From NCBI GenBank assembly GCA_963796285.1, contig CAWCKW010000013.1, positions 256,001 through 320,000 of the forward strand: 64,000 bases of DNA, written 5' to 3'. The notes beneath the pieces were generated by a model that worked only from the letters and a program-made list of their open reading frames with translations, was not told the origin of the DNA and searched no databases. This document shows positions 17,638 through 28,283 of the stretch, piece after piece. Numbering within the stretch: the stretch's first letter is position 1; each line of letters opens with the position of its first letter. Source of the DNA: Nitrospirota bacterium. Lineage in GTDB: Bacteria > Nitrospirota > UBA9217. The translations under genes and the position numbers were made by a program.

Positions 17638-20274
17638 ATGGAAAATGGAAACAGTTGGGCAAAGACAGCCGGCTCATTCGTTATTTTCATTCTTTTCCTT
17701 GTGGCTTCATCTTTTCTGCCTTCATGCGGAGGAGGCGGTGGCGGCGGTGGCGGGGCACCCGCGCCAGCCCCGCCAGCCGCGCCAGCCTCTGTGACGGCTG
17801 ATGCAGGGAACGGCCAGGTCACCATCAGCTGGGATGCGTCTACCGGGGCCACCTCGTACAACATTTACTACAGCACGCTCCCCGGTGTCACCAAGACCAG
17901 CGGCACCAGGGTCACTGGGGCCGTAAGCCCAATGGACGTCACCGGCCTCACCAATGGAACCACCTACTACTTCGTGGTAACGGCGGTGAACGCCAACGGC
18001 GAGAGCGCCGAATCCATCCAGATCTCCGGCACCCCCTCCGCGTCTCCACCGCCGGCAGCCCCCATCGGGGTCAATGCAACGGCCGGTGATGGTCAGGTGA
18101 TCGTGAGCTGGACTGCCGCTGCTGACGCGACATCTTACAACATCTACTGGTCGACTACATCTGGTGTTACGAAGACCAACGGCACAAAGATCACCGGTGT
18201 CAGCAGTCCGTATACGCATACAAGCAGGACAAACGGGACAACCTATTTCTATGTTGTCACTGCTGGTAATTCTTTCGGAGAGAGTGTGGAATCGGCTCAG
18301 GTATCGGCGACACCGATCGCAACGACTCTCTCCTTGCAGACGATTGCTGTAACTTCCGATAAGGTCGCGGTCGAATGGGGAATCAACCCGCAGTTTATCG
18401 CCACCGGGAGTTACAGCGACGGGTCAACAAAAGACCTGACGGCCACGGTTCTGTGGAGTTCCACAAACTCGGCGGTGGCGATCGTGGATGCCACCGGCAT
18501 CGTGACCACGAGAGGAACCGGCAGTACGACAATTCAAGCAGCCTCGGGTTCCGTCATCGGCTCCGCCACGTTGACCGTTACTTCCCCGGGGCACTTTCTA
18601 TTGAAGAATGTCGGGCTATGGACCCAATTCGACCGCCGTGGCTATTCTGACGGGTACTATGGTGGCGAGATCATTCAAATGTGGGACCAAATCGATTGGG
18701 TGACGGGCAGCATCGTCTCGCAGGAAGTATCGCTCCAGCTCGACAAGATGAAGGCCATGGGAGTAAACGTAATCACCTATCAGTTTCGCGGAGCCGATAA
18801 TTCCGATGAGCTCTTCACATATCCCGATTGCAACATCGCACCGGTGCTGGGCCTCCAATTCCCCCAACCGACGGCAACGGAACTTGCGAACCTGCCACGT
18901 TTCTTCGACATGGTGCAGAGCAAAGGAATGAAGGTGTGGTTGAGTCTGATCAACACGCATATGGAGGAGCAGCCCCCGACCAATTCTCAGACATGGTTGG
19001 GGGCTATTTTGGGGGCCATCGGCAATCATCCGGCGCTTGACCTGGTACTCCTAGATGGTAGTGCACATTGGATCCAGGATATGACTAGTCCGACAGGCAC
19101 AACGTGCGGCACCCAGGCTGAGGCGATGCTATACCAAGGGAATGACTCCATCCCTGCTAAGTACGTGCAGTGGGCGATCGGTTTTGCGATGTCGCAGGGC
19201 ATCCCCGCCCGGAAGCTCTCTGCTGAAGCCATCGTCGGCGATTTCTTCGTGGATAGCATGCCGCCGGCCGGATACGAAGCCACCGATGGCCATCTGTGGC
19301 CTACGACCCCTGTTTTAAAAAAGATTTTCGATAACCTCAACATACCCGCGAGCGAGCGGACTTACGCGTTGTCCCTCTACGAGCACTGGAAATGCTCGTC
19401 CGCGCAATCGCTCCCATGTACCGACCTGAACCCTCACGACTGGGCCGACCAGACCTTACAAAATGTGATCAGCGTGGTGGGCAGCGGTCCGAGGATTGTG
19501 ATCCCGGAAATGGGCGTCATGAACCCCGTGGACCGGGTGAACTGGAATACACAACATGCACTCGAAAGCCTTGTCTTCCTCATGCAAAAACACGGCATAG
19601 ACAGTGGCTCATTCTGGCAATGGGTGGCTTCTGACAACGATAAAGATTCCGATCCGACCCAGTCCGATCCGGTGAAACGACGGGGCGTAGAGTTCATCTA
19701 CACCCCGGTGCAGAAGGAAGTCGTCGACATGGGCGGCTTCCACGTACCGGTGGTACCCAACGGTTCCTTCGAAGATACGATCGTCAACAGTGTGCCGGTG
19801 AACTGGATCAAGGCAGGCAACGGCACGGTTTCCCAGTATCTGTTGACACAGGAATCAGGTCAACCCGAAGTGCCTTCGCGAGGCACGCACGCGATGCGGA
19901 TCGTCACCGGCAGTGGACCAAACGATAATATTTCTGCGACAAGTGCCATGATCCCGGTTATCGCCGCGACCACCTACACGACAACGGCAAACATGCGTTT
20001 TGCCTGGACCGGGGACCCCAGCCCGGGCGGTTCGTCTGCATCTCGCCCACAGGTGTTCATCAACATTCTTTATTTTCAACAGAACGGGACCCCATCAGGT
20101 GTAACCACAAAGGATTTGTTCTCGTTCTTCCAGGAGGACAGCACGACCGGATTCGCCACTTTCCCGCAACAGTACACGACGCCGAGCGATGCGGCATTCG
20201 TCGAGGTCCAGTTCGGCGCCATGCGGAACGGGTTACCAACACAGATTACCCTGGATGTTGATAATGTCCGATAA
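17638..20274 (+). CDS. Large lipoprotein: 2x fibronectin type III, Ig-like (Big_2), putative glycoside-hydrolase-like barrel and CBM-like C-terminal domain
   Basis: Lipobox LPSC with Gly/Pro linker; two W...SYNIY...LTNGTTYYFVVTA-like repeats; QFIATGSYSDGS; VPNGSFED. Confidence 0.8.
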   Translation: MENGNSWAKTAGSFVIFILFLVASSFLPSCGGGGGGGGGAPAPAPPAAPASVTADAGNGQVTISWDASTGATSYNIYYSTLPGVTKTSGTRVTGAVSPMDVTGLTNGTTYYFVVTAVNANGESAESIQISGTPSASPPPAAPIGVNATAGDGQVIVSWTAAADATSYNIYWSTTSGVTKTNGTKITGVSSPYTHTSRTNGTTYFYVVTAGNSFGESVESAQVSATPIATTLSLQTIAVTSDKVAVEWGINPQFIATGSYSDGSTKDLTATVLWSSTNSAVAIVDATGIVTTRGTGSTTIQAASGSVIGSATLTVTSPGHFLLKNVGLWTQFDRRGYSDGYYGGEIIQMWDQIDWVTGSIVSQEVSLQLDKMKAMGVNVITYQFRGADNSDELFTYPDCNIAPVLGLQFPQPTATELANLPRFFDMVQSKGMKVWLSLINTHMEEQPPTNSQTWLGAILGAIGNHPALDLVLLDGSAHWIQDMTSPTGTTCGTQAEAMLYQGNDSIPAKYVQWAIGFAMSQGIPARKLSAEAIVGDFFVDSMPPAGYEATDGHLWPTTPVLKKIFDNLNIPASERTYALSLYEHWKCSSAQSLPCTDLNPHDWADQTLQNVISVVGSGPRIVIPEMGVMNPVDRVNWNTQHALESLVFLMQKHGIDSGSFWQWVASDNDKDSDPTQSDPVKRRGVEFIYTPVQKEVVDMGGFHVPVVPNGSFEDTIVNSVPVNWIKAGNGTVSQYLLTQESGQPEVPSRGTHAMRIVTGSGPNDNISATSAMIPVIAATTYTTTANMRFAWTGDPSPGGSSASRPQVFINILYFQQNGTPSGVTTKDLFSFFQEDSTTGFATFPQQYTTPSDAAFVEVQFGAMRNGLPTQITLDVDNVR

Positions 20275-20556
20275 GGCGGGTAGAAAAACCGGATTAGTCT
20301 TGTGAATGCGTGAAGGGGCGGAGGTTTCTTTCTACTCTCCGTCCCTTCTCATTCCGTAGGCTAACTATACAGCCTTGGCCCTGATACATTAACAAATCTC
20401 TCAGGTTCCATTCCACTAATAACGCTGCAAAAGCAATAACGCAATATAAGTGAATCAACGATGAACTAGTTAAAAAAAGGAGCAGACACTGCTCCACGGT
20501 AAACCCGGGAGGGATTTGGTCCAATAACCATGTCCCTCCTTTTCTGAAAGCTCCAT

Positions 20557-20580
20557 TTCCCAGAATGGGTATTCTGGGAA
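20557..20580. repeat. Palindrome copy 3
   Basis: TTCCCAGAATGGGTATTCTGGGAA with perfect 10-bp arms. Confidence 0.75.
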
Positions 20581-21036
20581 CAATCCAAATCATTACACTT
20601 GCCCAGGTGGGCAAAGACGCCCATCTGGATTTTTTAACGCTATATTTTTTAACCTTGTCTGAATGATTTCTCGAACGGTCTTAATGCACTCGGCAGGAGG
20701 TCCGCGTTATGTGCAAGATCAATCCGTATTCGATGATAGTTTCATTCTCTTGAAATTACTGAGTAGTAGAAATCAACAAGTACAGGCCTACTGCCTGATG
20801 AAAGATTGCAAGCCGAATTCGCAATAAACCGATCAAGACTACACACGCAGCCAGAGTCTAAGAATAGAATATATTAGACGTTATCGATACCTATGACAAA
20901 ACCATCCCCTGACAGTACTTGCCGCAGCGCTCAGATGAGATGCGCTGCGGCGAAAAGTTAACTACTCAAGACCGCGGTGATACAGTGTATTTTTCTTAAA
21001 GATCCGTCCCCTTCGTAGAATTTAGCGGCAACGGAT

Positions 21037-21448
21037 CTATTTTTTTACTTCTTTGCCGGCCTCAGCCTGTTTCCGTTTCCTGCCCGTAAAATAAGCTTCC
21101 ACGGGGTTCCAGTCAAAGGACACATCTCTTCCCATAAGGGTGGATACGCCTTTTACGGCCAGGTTCACGACTTCGGCCAGCACTACGAAGAAGAATCCCA
21201 CGGGCAGCATAACGATGTACGCCAATCCGATGAACGGGGCGGCCGCTATCTTGCCGGCGATACTTCATGGTTTCCCGATAGCCGTTCTGTTTGATGTGCT
21301 CCAGGTCATCCTTGCCTGCGCTGACGACCGTGGCGAAGGGCTTGGGTTTCAGGACCTCCCAGAATACCAGAAACGTGGCGATGGACAGAACGGATATAAT
21401 GTATTCTATTCCCTTTACATGTGTGATGAAATCAACAAGTGTATACAT
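21037..21448 (-). CDS. Small membrane protein with an HmcD-like N-terminus (frameshift near 21260)
   Basis: MYTLVDFITHVKGIEY...FW; continues in another frame as AGKIAAAPFIGLAYIVMLP...SFDWNPVEAYFTG. Confidence 0.65.
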
Positions 21449-21530
21449 AGCGTTTCCTCCTTAAGTTCCGGCAGATGTTCATCCGCCTGATCTGGAAAAT
21501 CCGCGCGCCCTATGCGCACAGGTATTTATG

Positions 21531-21887
21531 CTATTTTGACTCCTTCTTGCTCTTCTTCTTGTTCTTGCCTGCCAGGTACGCTTCCTTGGGCCGCCATTCG
21601 AACGACAGGCTTGTTCCGACCAGGCTCAAGAGCCCGTCGACCATCTTTCCCGCTGCGAGTGTTGCAACCGTCGCGATGCCGATGAACGGTAGGGATATGA
21701 CATAGAACAGGCCGATGACCGGTCCGGCGATCAGCATAACGCCCGTGGGGATTCGGAAATAGGTCGACGACTCTGCTCCACTCAAGATCGCTTCCTGTCC
21801 AACATCGATCCTTTGTCCGTTCACCAAATCCCAGTATGTCCCCTTCCCAACTTTGGTACCCGCCTTATAGCCTAGCTTGGTTTTCAT
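21531..21887 (-). CDS. Small membrane protein, paralogous to the C-terminal part of the downstream gene
   Basis: GPVIGLFYVISLPFIG...SFEWRPKEAYLAG; AAGGAG SD. Confidence 0.75.
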   Translation of the reverse strand: MKTKLGYKAGTKVGKGTYWDLVNGQRIDVGQEAILSGAESSTYFRIPTGVMLIAGPVIGLFYVISLPFIGIATVATLAAGKMVDGLLSLVGTSLSFEWRPKEAYLAGKNKKKSKKESK

Positions 21888-22352
21888 CTCCGTATCTCCT
21901 TTCTCATTTTATTTGTTGATTAATATATATCAGGAAGCAGGGTATTTGTATATTGGAAGAAGTTCCCATTTGCAGGAGCAATTTATCCCAGTCTTCAATA
22001 GAAAAGATAGTGCTATGGCAGCATAAACGCTATTAGACACCCTGGCAAATTTGGAGTCTGACCTATAAATATAAGAAACGAACACATCTAACCGGTCGCT
22101 CAACCTGGAGTCTGAAGCACGTGGGCTGGCTCAAAGATGATGGAAATTTCCATCAGTATGCTGCAACTGTCATCATTACACACCACCGCGAGATTGCGGC
22201 GATCATCCCGGAAAGTTGGTCTGATAGAGTTGGTGAATATCGATTGAAATATAAGGTACCTGATCCTTCCTGAACTGTTATGACTTTTGTATTGTGCTAA
22301 TATTAACGTAAACAGGTTATTAAGGATTAAATCACTATTTAAGAGGGATGAC

Positions 22353-23273
22353 ATGCAAACCATCTTAGGTGCAGGGGGGATTATCGGAACAGAATTAGCA
22401 AAGAGCCTTCCCAACTACACAGACAGAATTCGTCTGGTGAGCCGTCATCCCAAAAAGGTAAATTTAACCGATGATTTAGTCTCCGCCGACCTTTTGGATG
22501 CCAGGCAAACGTTGGATGCGGTCCATGGTTCTGAGATTGTTTACCTCACGGCCGGCCTTCCCTATAATATCAAAACGTGGCAAAGCCAATGGCCCATCAT
22601 CATGAAAAATGTCATTGATGCATGTAAGAAGCAGAACGCCAAACTGGTTTTCTTCGATAATGTCTATTCTTATGGACATGTCAATGGATGGATGACAGAA
22701 AATACCGCTGTGAATCCATCGAGCAAAAAGGGCGAAGTGAGAAAAAAGATCGCTGATATGATAATGGAGGAAATAGGCGGAGGGAATTTACAGGCCATAA
22801 TTGCACGGGCAGCGGATTTCTACGGGCCCAATACCCCGCTCAGCTTTGTAAATGTCATGGTCTTTGACAATTTCAAGAAAGGGAAGAAGGCGCAGTGGCT
22901 GATCAATGATAAGGTCAAGCATTCTCTCACGTATACTCCCGATGCCGGTAAGGCAACCGCCATTTTGGGGAATACCGAGAGTGCCTATAACCAGGTTTGG
23001 CATTTACCAACGGACAGGAATGCTTTAACAGGGAAGGAATTTATCGAAAAAGCGGCAGCCGAGTTTAAATGTTCACCCCGTTATCTGGTTCTTCCCCGCT
23101 GGATGGTACGAATGGCGGGATTTTTTAACAACAATGTCCGGGAAAGCGTGGAGATGCTTTATCAGAATGATTCAGAGTATCTCTTTGATAGCAGCAAATT
23201 CGATAAGGCATTCGATTTCAAGGCAACTTCGTACTGTCAAGGGATCCGGGAAACCGTGAAGTCGATGAAATGA
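22353..23273 (+). CDS. NAD-dependent epimerase/dehydratase family (atypical SDR)
   Basis: ILGAGGIIG, DNVYSYG, RAADFYGP. Confidence 0.9.
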   Translation: MQTILGAGGIIGTELAKSLPNYTDRIRLVSRHPKKVNLTDDLVSADLLDARQTLDAVHGSEIVYLTAGLPYNIKTWQSQWPIIMKNVIDACKKQNAKLVFFDNVYSYGHVNGWMTENTAVNPSSKKGEVRKKIADMIMEEIGGGNLQAIIARAADFYGPNTPLSFVNVMVFDNFKKGKKAQWLINDKVKHSLTYTPDAGKATAILGNTESAYNQVWHLPTDRNALTGKEFIEKAAAEFKCSPRYLVLPRWMVRMAGFFNNNVRESVEMLYQNDSEYLFDSSKFDKAFDFKATSYCQGIRETVKSMK

Positions 23274-23420
23274 TTCTCGACTTTAATTTTCATCGGGGCA
23301 AAATCACTATACACAAAATCACTATACCCTTGCACTATGAATATCAACAGGTATAATGATACTTGTCGCGTGCGAGGTGCGGCAAAACACTCGTCCCACA
23401 AATCATGGGGTAAGTGAGCT

Positions 23421-23855
23421 ATGGACAATACATTGTTAGAAGGGTATCCGGTCGTGATCGACATTCCCATTGCGTGGGGGGACATGGACGCGTTCCAGCA
23501 CGTGAACAACGTCGCCTACTTCCGCTACTTCGAAAGCGCCCGCATCGTGTATTCCGAAAAACTCGGGTTGCACATGCTCAAAGAGCAGACCGGCATCGGC
23601 CCCATCCTCGGCTCTACAAGCTGCAGGTATAAACTCCCTCTCACCTATCCCGATACGATCTCGGTCGGGGCAAAGATCACGGGTATGGAAGAAGACAGGT
23701 TCACCATGAAGTACGTGGTCGTGAGCCACAAGCATCAGAAGATCGCGGCAGAGGGCGACGGTGTAATTGTGATGTACAACTACACCGAAGGCAAAAAGAC
23801 CGCTATCCCTGAGGTGATCAGGAAGAAGGTCCTTGCTTTTGAAAAGATGGGCTAG
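23421..23855 (+). CDS. Acyl-CoA thioesterase (4HBT/FcbC family)
   Basis: WGDMDAFQHVNNVAYFRYFESAR. Confidence 0.92.
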   Translation: MDNTLLEGYPVVIDIPIAWGDMDAFQHVNNVAYFRYFESARIVYSEKLGLHMLKEQTGIGPILGSTSCRYKLPLTYPDTISVGAKITGMEEDRFTMKYVVVSHKHQKIAAEGDGVIVMYNYTEGKKTAIPEVIRKKVLAFEKMG

Positions 23856-23989
23856 ACGATCGATCGGACTGGTCTGAACCAATTTAGCATGGGATATTGG
23901 ATTTCGACTCGTTCACAATGAGCTGCCGGCGGGTCGAAGCAGTATGCACATGAACTCAGTCAAATTGAGATACTTTCCTAAAAGGCTCT

Positions 23990-24069
23990 ACCGCGAGACG
24001 CGGAGGCGCGGAGAAATGCACCTTGAAATACGTTCCGATTTTCTTTGCGTCCTCTGCGATCTTTGCGGT
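23990..24069. repeat. Inverted 8-mer-array element
   Basis: ACCGCGAGACGCGGAGGCGCGGAG ... CTTTGCGTCCTCTGCGATCTTTGCGGT. Confidence 0.7.
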
Positions 24070-24100
24070 GAAATTCGACTTATTACGAGTTCAGGAATGA

Positions 24101-24571
24101 ATGATGACGAATAACGATATGCTGCGAACGCTCAGATACGCGCTCAACTTGAGCGATGCCGCGATGATGGACATCTTTAATCTGTCCGGACATGCCCTGG
24201 AGCCATCTGATCTCGCAGGCCTATTGAAAAAGGAAGATGAGAGAGGTTATCGTATCTGCAGCGACGCTGAGCTGGGATTGTTCTTGGATGGCTTGATAAC
24301 TCGTAACCGAGGCAAGCGGGAAATTGCTCCAGATCAAGTGAAGGGGCCGGCCGTTCCTTTGAACAACAATGCCATACTGAAAAAACTAAGGATCGCCCTT
24401 GAACTGGATGAGGAGAATATGCTCGGCATCATGAAGCTGGCCAATATCACAGTGTCAAGGTCAGAGCTGACCGCATTGTTTCGCAAGAAAGAGCATAAGA
24501 ACTACAAGGAATGCGGGGACCAGTTTCTCAGGAGTTTTTTAAAAGGACTCACTGTTCGGTATCGAGCGTGA
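24101..24571 (+). CDS. DUF1456 / YehS-family protein
   Basis: MTNNDMLRTLRY, NNAILKKLRIA, YKECGDQFLR. Confidence 0.9.
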   Translation: MMTNNDMLRTLRYALNLSDAAMMDIFNLSGHALEPSDLAGLLKKEDERGYRICSDAELGLFLDGLITRNRGKREIAPDQVKGPAVPLNNNAILKKLRIALELDEENMLGIMKLANITVSRSELTALFRKKEHKNYKECGDQFLRSFLKGLTVRYRA

Positions 24572-24636
24572 TAACGCCCCGGAGCTGGCTACGCGACCTG
24601 CGGCGATGAGAGCAGAAAGGCGTATTTCAACGTCCT

Positions 24637-24909
24637 ATGAACGATAGCGAGAACGACAGCCTGTTCCACTTTCCCTGCCTGTTCCCGATCAAGGTAATGG
24701 GGAAAAATACTGATGAGCTTTACCCGGTCGTGAGTGCGATCATGGGAAAGCATGTGCCCGGGCTCAACGGTGTTACCTTTGAGAGCCGTCTGAGCAGCGG
24801 CGACAAGTACTTATCGATCACGGTCACGTTCACTGCGCAGAGCAGGGCGCAGCTGGACGCAATTTACCTGGACCTGAACGGACACGAACTCGTGCTCATG
24901 ACGCTCTAG
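24637..24909 (+). CDS. YbeD / DUF493-family protein
   Basis: FPCLFPIKVMG, SSGDKYLSIT, QLDAIY. Confidence 0.88.
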   Translation: MNDSENDSLFHFPCLFPIKVMGKNTDELYPVVSAIMGKHVPGLNGVTFESRLSSGDKYLSITVTFTAQSRAQLDAIYLDLNGHELVLMTL

Positions 24910-24912
24910 GTG

Positions 24913-25557
24913 CTATCCCTTCCTGATCTGGCAGGTCTTGAAGACCCCTTCTATCTCCTGCTTCAGCGCGTTGAAGTTCCCCTTTCCTTTCGTCCTGATG
25001 ACCACCCTCCGGTAGCCTTCCTTCACGCCCTCATAGGAGGTCAGGATCCCCAGGAGGCGGAAGCCGTGTGTTCGTATGATGTCCGCAACCTCCCGTATGG
25101 AGCCTGACCTGTCCTCGATGGTCACACAGATCCGGTGGCCGCCATGCCGTACTCCGGTGATATCCACCAGGGCGCGGAAGATGTCCATGTCCGAGATGAT
25201 GCCGACGACGTTCCCGGTATCCAGCACCGGCAGGCATCCGATGCCATGGTCCAGCATGACCATGGCCGCCTCTTCCACCGGCGTGTCAGCGGTCGTAGTA
25301 ATGACCTTGGTATTCATGATCTCCTTGATCCTGGTCTTCGCCAGGAGGTAGTGAAGTTCATAGATATCGAGCGACGTGGCCTTCGATGGGCTGTACTCCT
25401 TGATGTCCCGGTCCGAGAGGATGCCTTTCAGCTTGCCTCCTTTGACAACCGGAACGTGCTTGATGGATTGTTCTTTCATCACAGAAAGGGCATCAGAGAT
25501 ATACTCGTCAGGCTCAACGGCATAAACCTTTTTCGTCATCCAGTCGGAAACATACAT
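24913..25557 (-). CDS. CBS-pair plus ACT domain protein (AcuB-like)
   Basis: MYVSDWMT, SPSKATSLDIYEL, two CBS domains. Confidence 0.88.
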   Translation of the reverse strand: MYVSDWMTKKVYAVEPDEYISDALSVMKEQSIKHVPVVKGGKLKGILSDRDIKEYSPSKATSLDIYELHYLLAKTRIKEIMNTKVITTTADTPVEEAAMVMLDHGIGCLPVLDTGNVVGIISDMDIFRALVDITGVRHGGHRICVTIEDRSGSIREVADIIRTHGFRLLGILTSYEGVKEGYRRVVIRTKGKGNFNALKQEIEGVFKTCQIRKG

Positions 25558-25834
25558 GGCCACCTCCGAAGTATCAATCCGCGACAGAGGGAACCAAAAA
25601 AAGCAACACGCTGTTTTGTGACTTACCTTCGCGCTTTCGCGCCTCATGTGGTAATATTTATCGCCGACGAATTTGTCAACACAACAGAACTTGATGATCT
25701 TGCAAATAAGTTAATTGTTCTCACACGGAGACACGAGATTCGTAGGGGATATCCCAATCTCTCTGGTGCATCCCTCTTCCCGCTCTTTAGGGGGTGATAG
25801 GTTTGAGATTGGGTGTTTGGTACCTGTCTCACCG

Positions 25835-26531
<697 letters not shown>

Positions 26532-26539
<8 letters not shown>

Positions 26540-27254
26540 TCTGCGCCTCTCCCAGATACGCCTCGACCACGAGGGGGCTGCTCCGGATCTGGAGCGGCGT
26601 TCCTTCGGCGATCTTCTCCCCGTAGTTCAGCACCACGATCCGGTCGGATATGGCCATGATCACCTTCATGTGGTGTTCGATGATCATGATGGTGATGCCC
26701 CTGTCCTTGATCTTTCGTATGATGCCGATGGACTCATCCAGCTCGGCCGGGTTCAGCCCGGCAAAGGACTCGTCGAGGAGCAGCAGTTCGGGCTGCGTGG
26801 CAAGCGCCCGCGCGATCTCGAGCCGTTTTCTCTTCCCGAGCGGCAGTCCCCGCGATATGACGTCGCGGTCCTCATACAGTCCCGTGAACTGGAGCGACTC
26901 GCGTGCGATCTCCACGGCCTGGTTTTTATCCTTTGCGCGGAGGAATGACGATGCAATGACGTTGTCCAGCACGCTCATCCGCTGGAGCGGCTTCACGACC
27001 TGGAAGGTCCTGGCAATGCCGCGCCGGCAGATCTGGTGCGGTTTGGAACCTGAGACCTTCTGGTCCTTGAAATAGACCTCGCCCCGCGAGGGATGATAAA
27101 AGCCGTTCACCACATTGAACATGGTCGTCTTGCCCGCGCCGTTCGGCCCGATGAGCCCGAGGATCTCGCCTTTTCGCACCTCGAAGGATACGTCCTTGAT
27201 GGCGGCAATGCCGCCGAAGAACCGGGAGACCTTTCGTATCTCAAGGAAGCTCAT
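26532..27254 (-). CDS. livG: Branched-chain amino acid ABC transporter ATPase
   Basis: [25 protein letters not shown]. Confidence 0.92.
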
Positions 27255-28192
27255 GAGGGCCTCCGCGCAAGACCGACCAGTCTCTTCAGTTTCGGAAAAT
27301 CACCGACGATCCCGTTGGGCAGAAAGATGATGATGACGATCAGCAGGATGCCGAAGAACGTATGATGCGCCGTGCCGAGCATCGGGATGGACCTGATGGC
27401 CTCGGCAAGGATCACCATGATGATCGCGCCGACGATGGGACCCGAGAAGGTCGCGGCGCCGCCGACCATGACGACCATGATCGCGATGATCGAAATGTCG
27501 TGGAGCGCGAAGACCACCTTCGGGTCGATATACCCCATGTAGTTCGTGTAGAAGGCGCCGGCGAACCCGGTGATCACCCCGCTCAGGCACAGCGCGATGG
27601 TCTTATAGAGCGTCGTGTTGATGCCGAGGGACTCTGCCGCGTCCTGGTCCTCCCGGATGGCGACGAAGTAGTAACCCAGCTTGGATCCGATGACCTGCTT
27701 GATAAGCATGAACGACAGCGCGGCGATGGCCAGGATGATGTAATAGTACCAGGTCTTTTCGATCCAGCTCCGCTCGCGGATCATGATGCCGAGGTCACCG
27801 CCGGTAACCTGCACCAGGTTCTCGGCGACGATCCTGAGGATGACGCCGATGGAGAGCGTGGCCAGGGCGAAGTAGGGGCCGCGCAGCCTCAGGCAGATGT
27901 AGCCGATGACCAGGGCGAAGACGGTGACCACGACGATGCTGGCGGGCACGCCCCACCACCCCGAGATCCCCAGCTTGCTGTACAGCATGCCGCTCGTATA
28001 GGCCCCGACGCCGAAGAAGGCGGCATGGCCAAAGGAGACCTGGCCGCAGTAGCCGCCGAGCAGGTTCCAGGCCATGCCGATCACGGACCACATGATGACC
28101 AGGATCAGGATGTGCATGAGGTAGCTGTTCAAACCCAGGAACGGGATGAGAGCCATCAGCACCAGGGCTATGGAAGGCAGATATTTTTTCAT
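27251..28192 (-). CDS. livM: Branched-chain amino acid ABC transporter permease
   Basis: [29 protein letters not shown]. Confidence 0.9.
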   Translation of the reverse strand: MKKYLPSIALVLMALIPFLGLNSYLMHILILVIMWSVIGMAWNLLGGYCGQVSFGHAAFFGVGAYTSGMLYSKLGISGWWGVPASIVVVTVFALVIGYICLRLRGPYFALATLSIGVILRIVAENLVQVTGGDLGIMIRERSWIEKTWYYYIILAIAALSFMLIKQVIGSKLGYYFVAIREDQDAAESLGINTTLYKTIALCLSGVITGFAGAFYTNYMGYIDPKVVFALHDISIIAIMVVMVGGAATFSGPIVGAIIMVILAEAIRSIPMLGTAHHTFFGILLIVIIIFLPNGIVGDFPKLKRLVGLARRPS

Positions 28193-28199
28193 ACTCGCG

Positions 28200-28276
28200 C
28201 CCCCTCACCCCGGCCCTCTCCCGCGAGGGGCGAGGGGGTAGTCCCTCCCTTGATGGGAGGGATGAAGGGAGGGTGA
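28200..28276. repeat. REP-like CCCTC-rich double hairpin
   Basis: CCCCTCACCCCGGCCCTCTCCCGCGAGGGGCGAGGGGG and CCCTCCCTTGATGGGAGGG. Confidence 0.65.
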
Positions 28277-28283
28277 ATGTTTT

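Noticed and set aside
20919-20957. Strong hairpin TTGCCGCAGCGC/GCGCTGCGGCGA as a terminator or ncRNA
   Set aside because: No T tract follows on either strand and no second copy was noticed; function cannot be supported.
22032-22115. attC-like fragments (ATTAGAC...ATCTAACCGGTCGCTCAACC; also TCTAACCAGC near 14531, GTTAGAC at 15433 and CCCTAAC at the stop of 17012-17425)
   Set aside because: No complete R''-L''-L'-R' hairpin could be built and there is no integrase in the window; such 7-mers occur by chance. An IntegronFinder run would settle it.
13300-23300. AT-richer block as an integrative element or prophage
   Set aside because: No integrase, transposase, phage genes, tRNA target or clear att direct repeats were seen.
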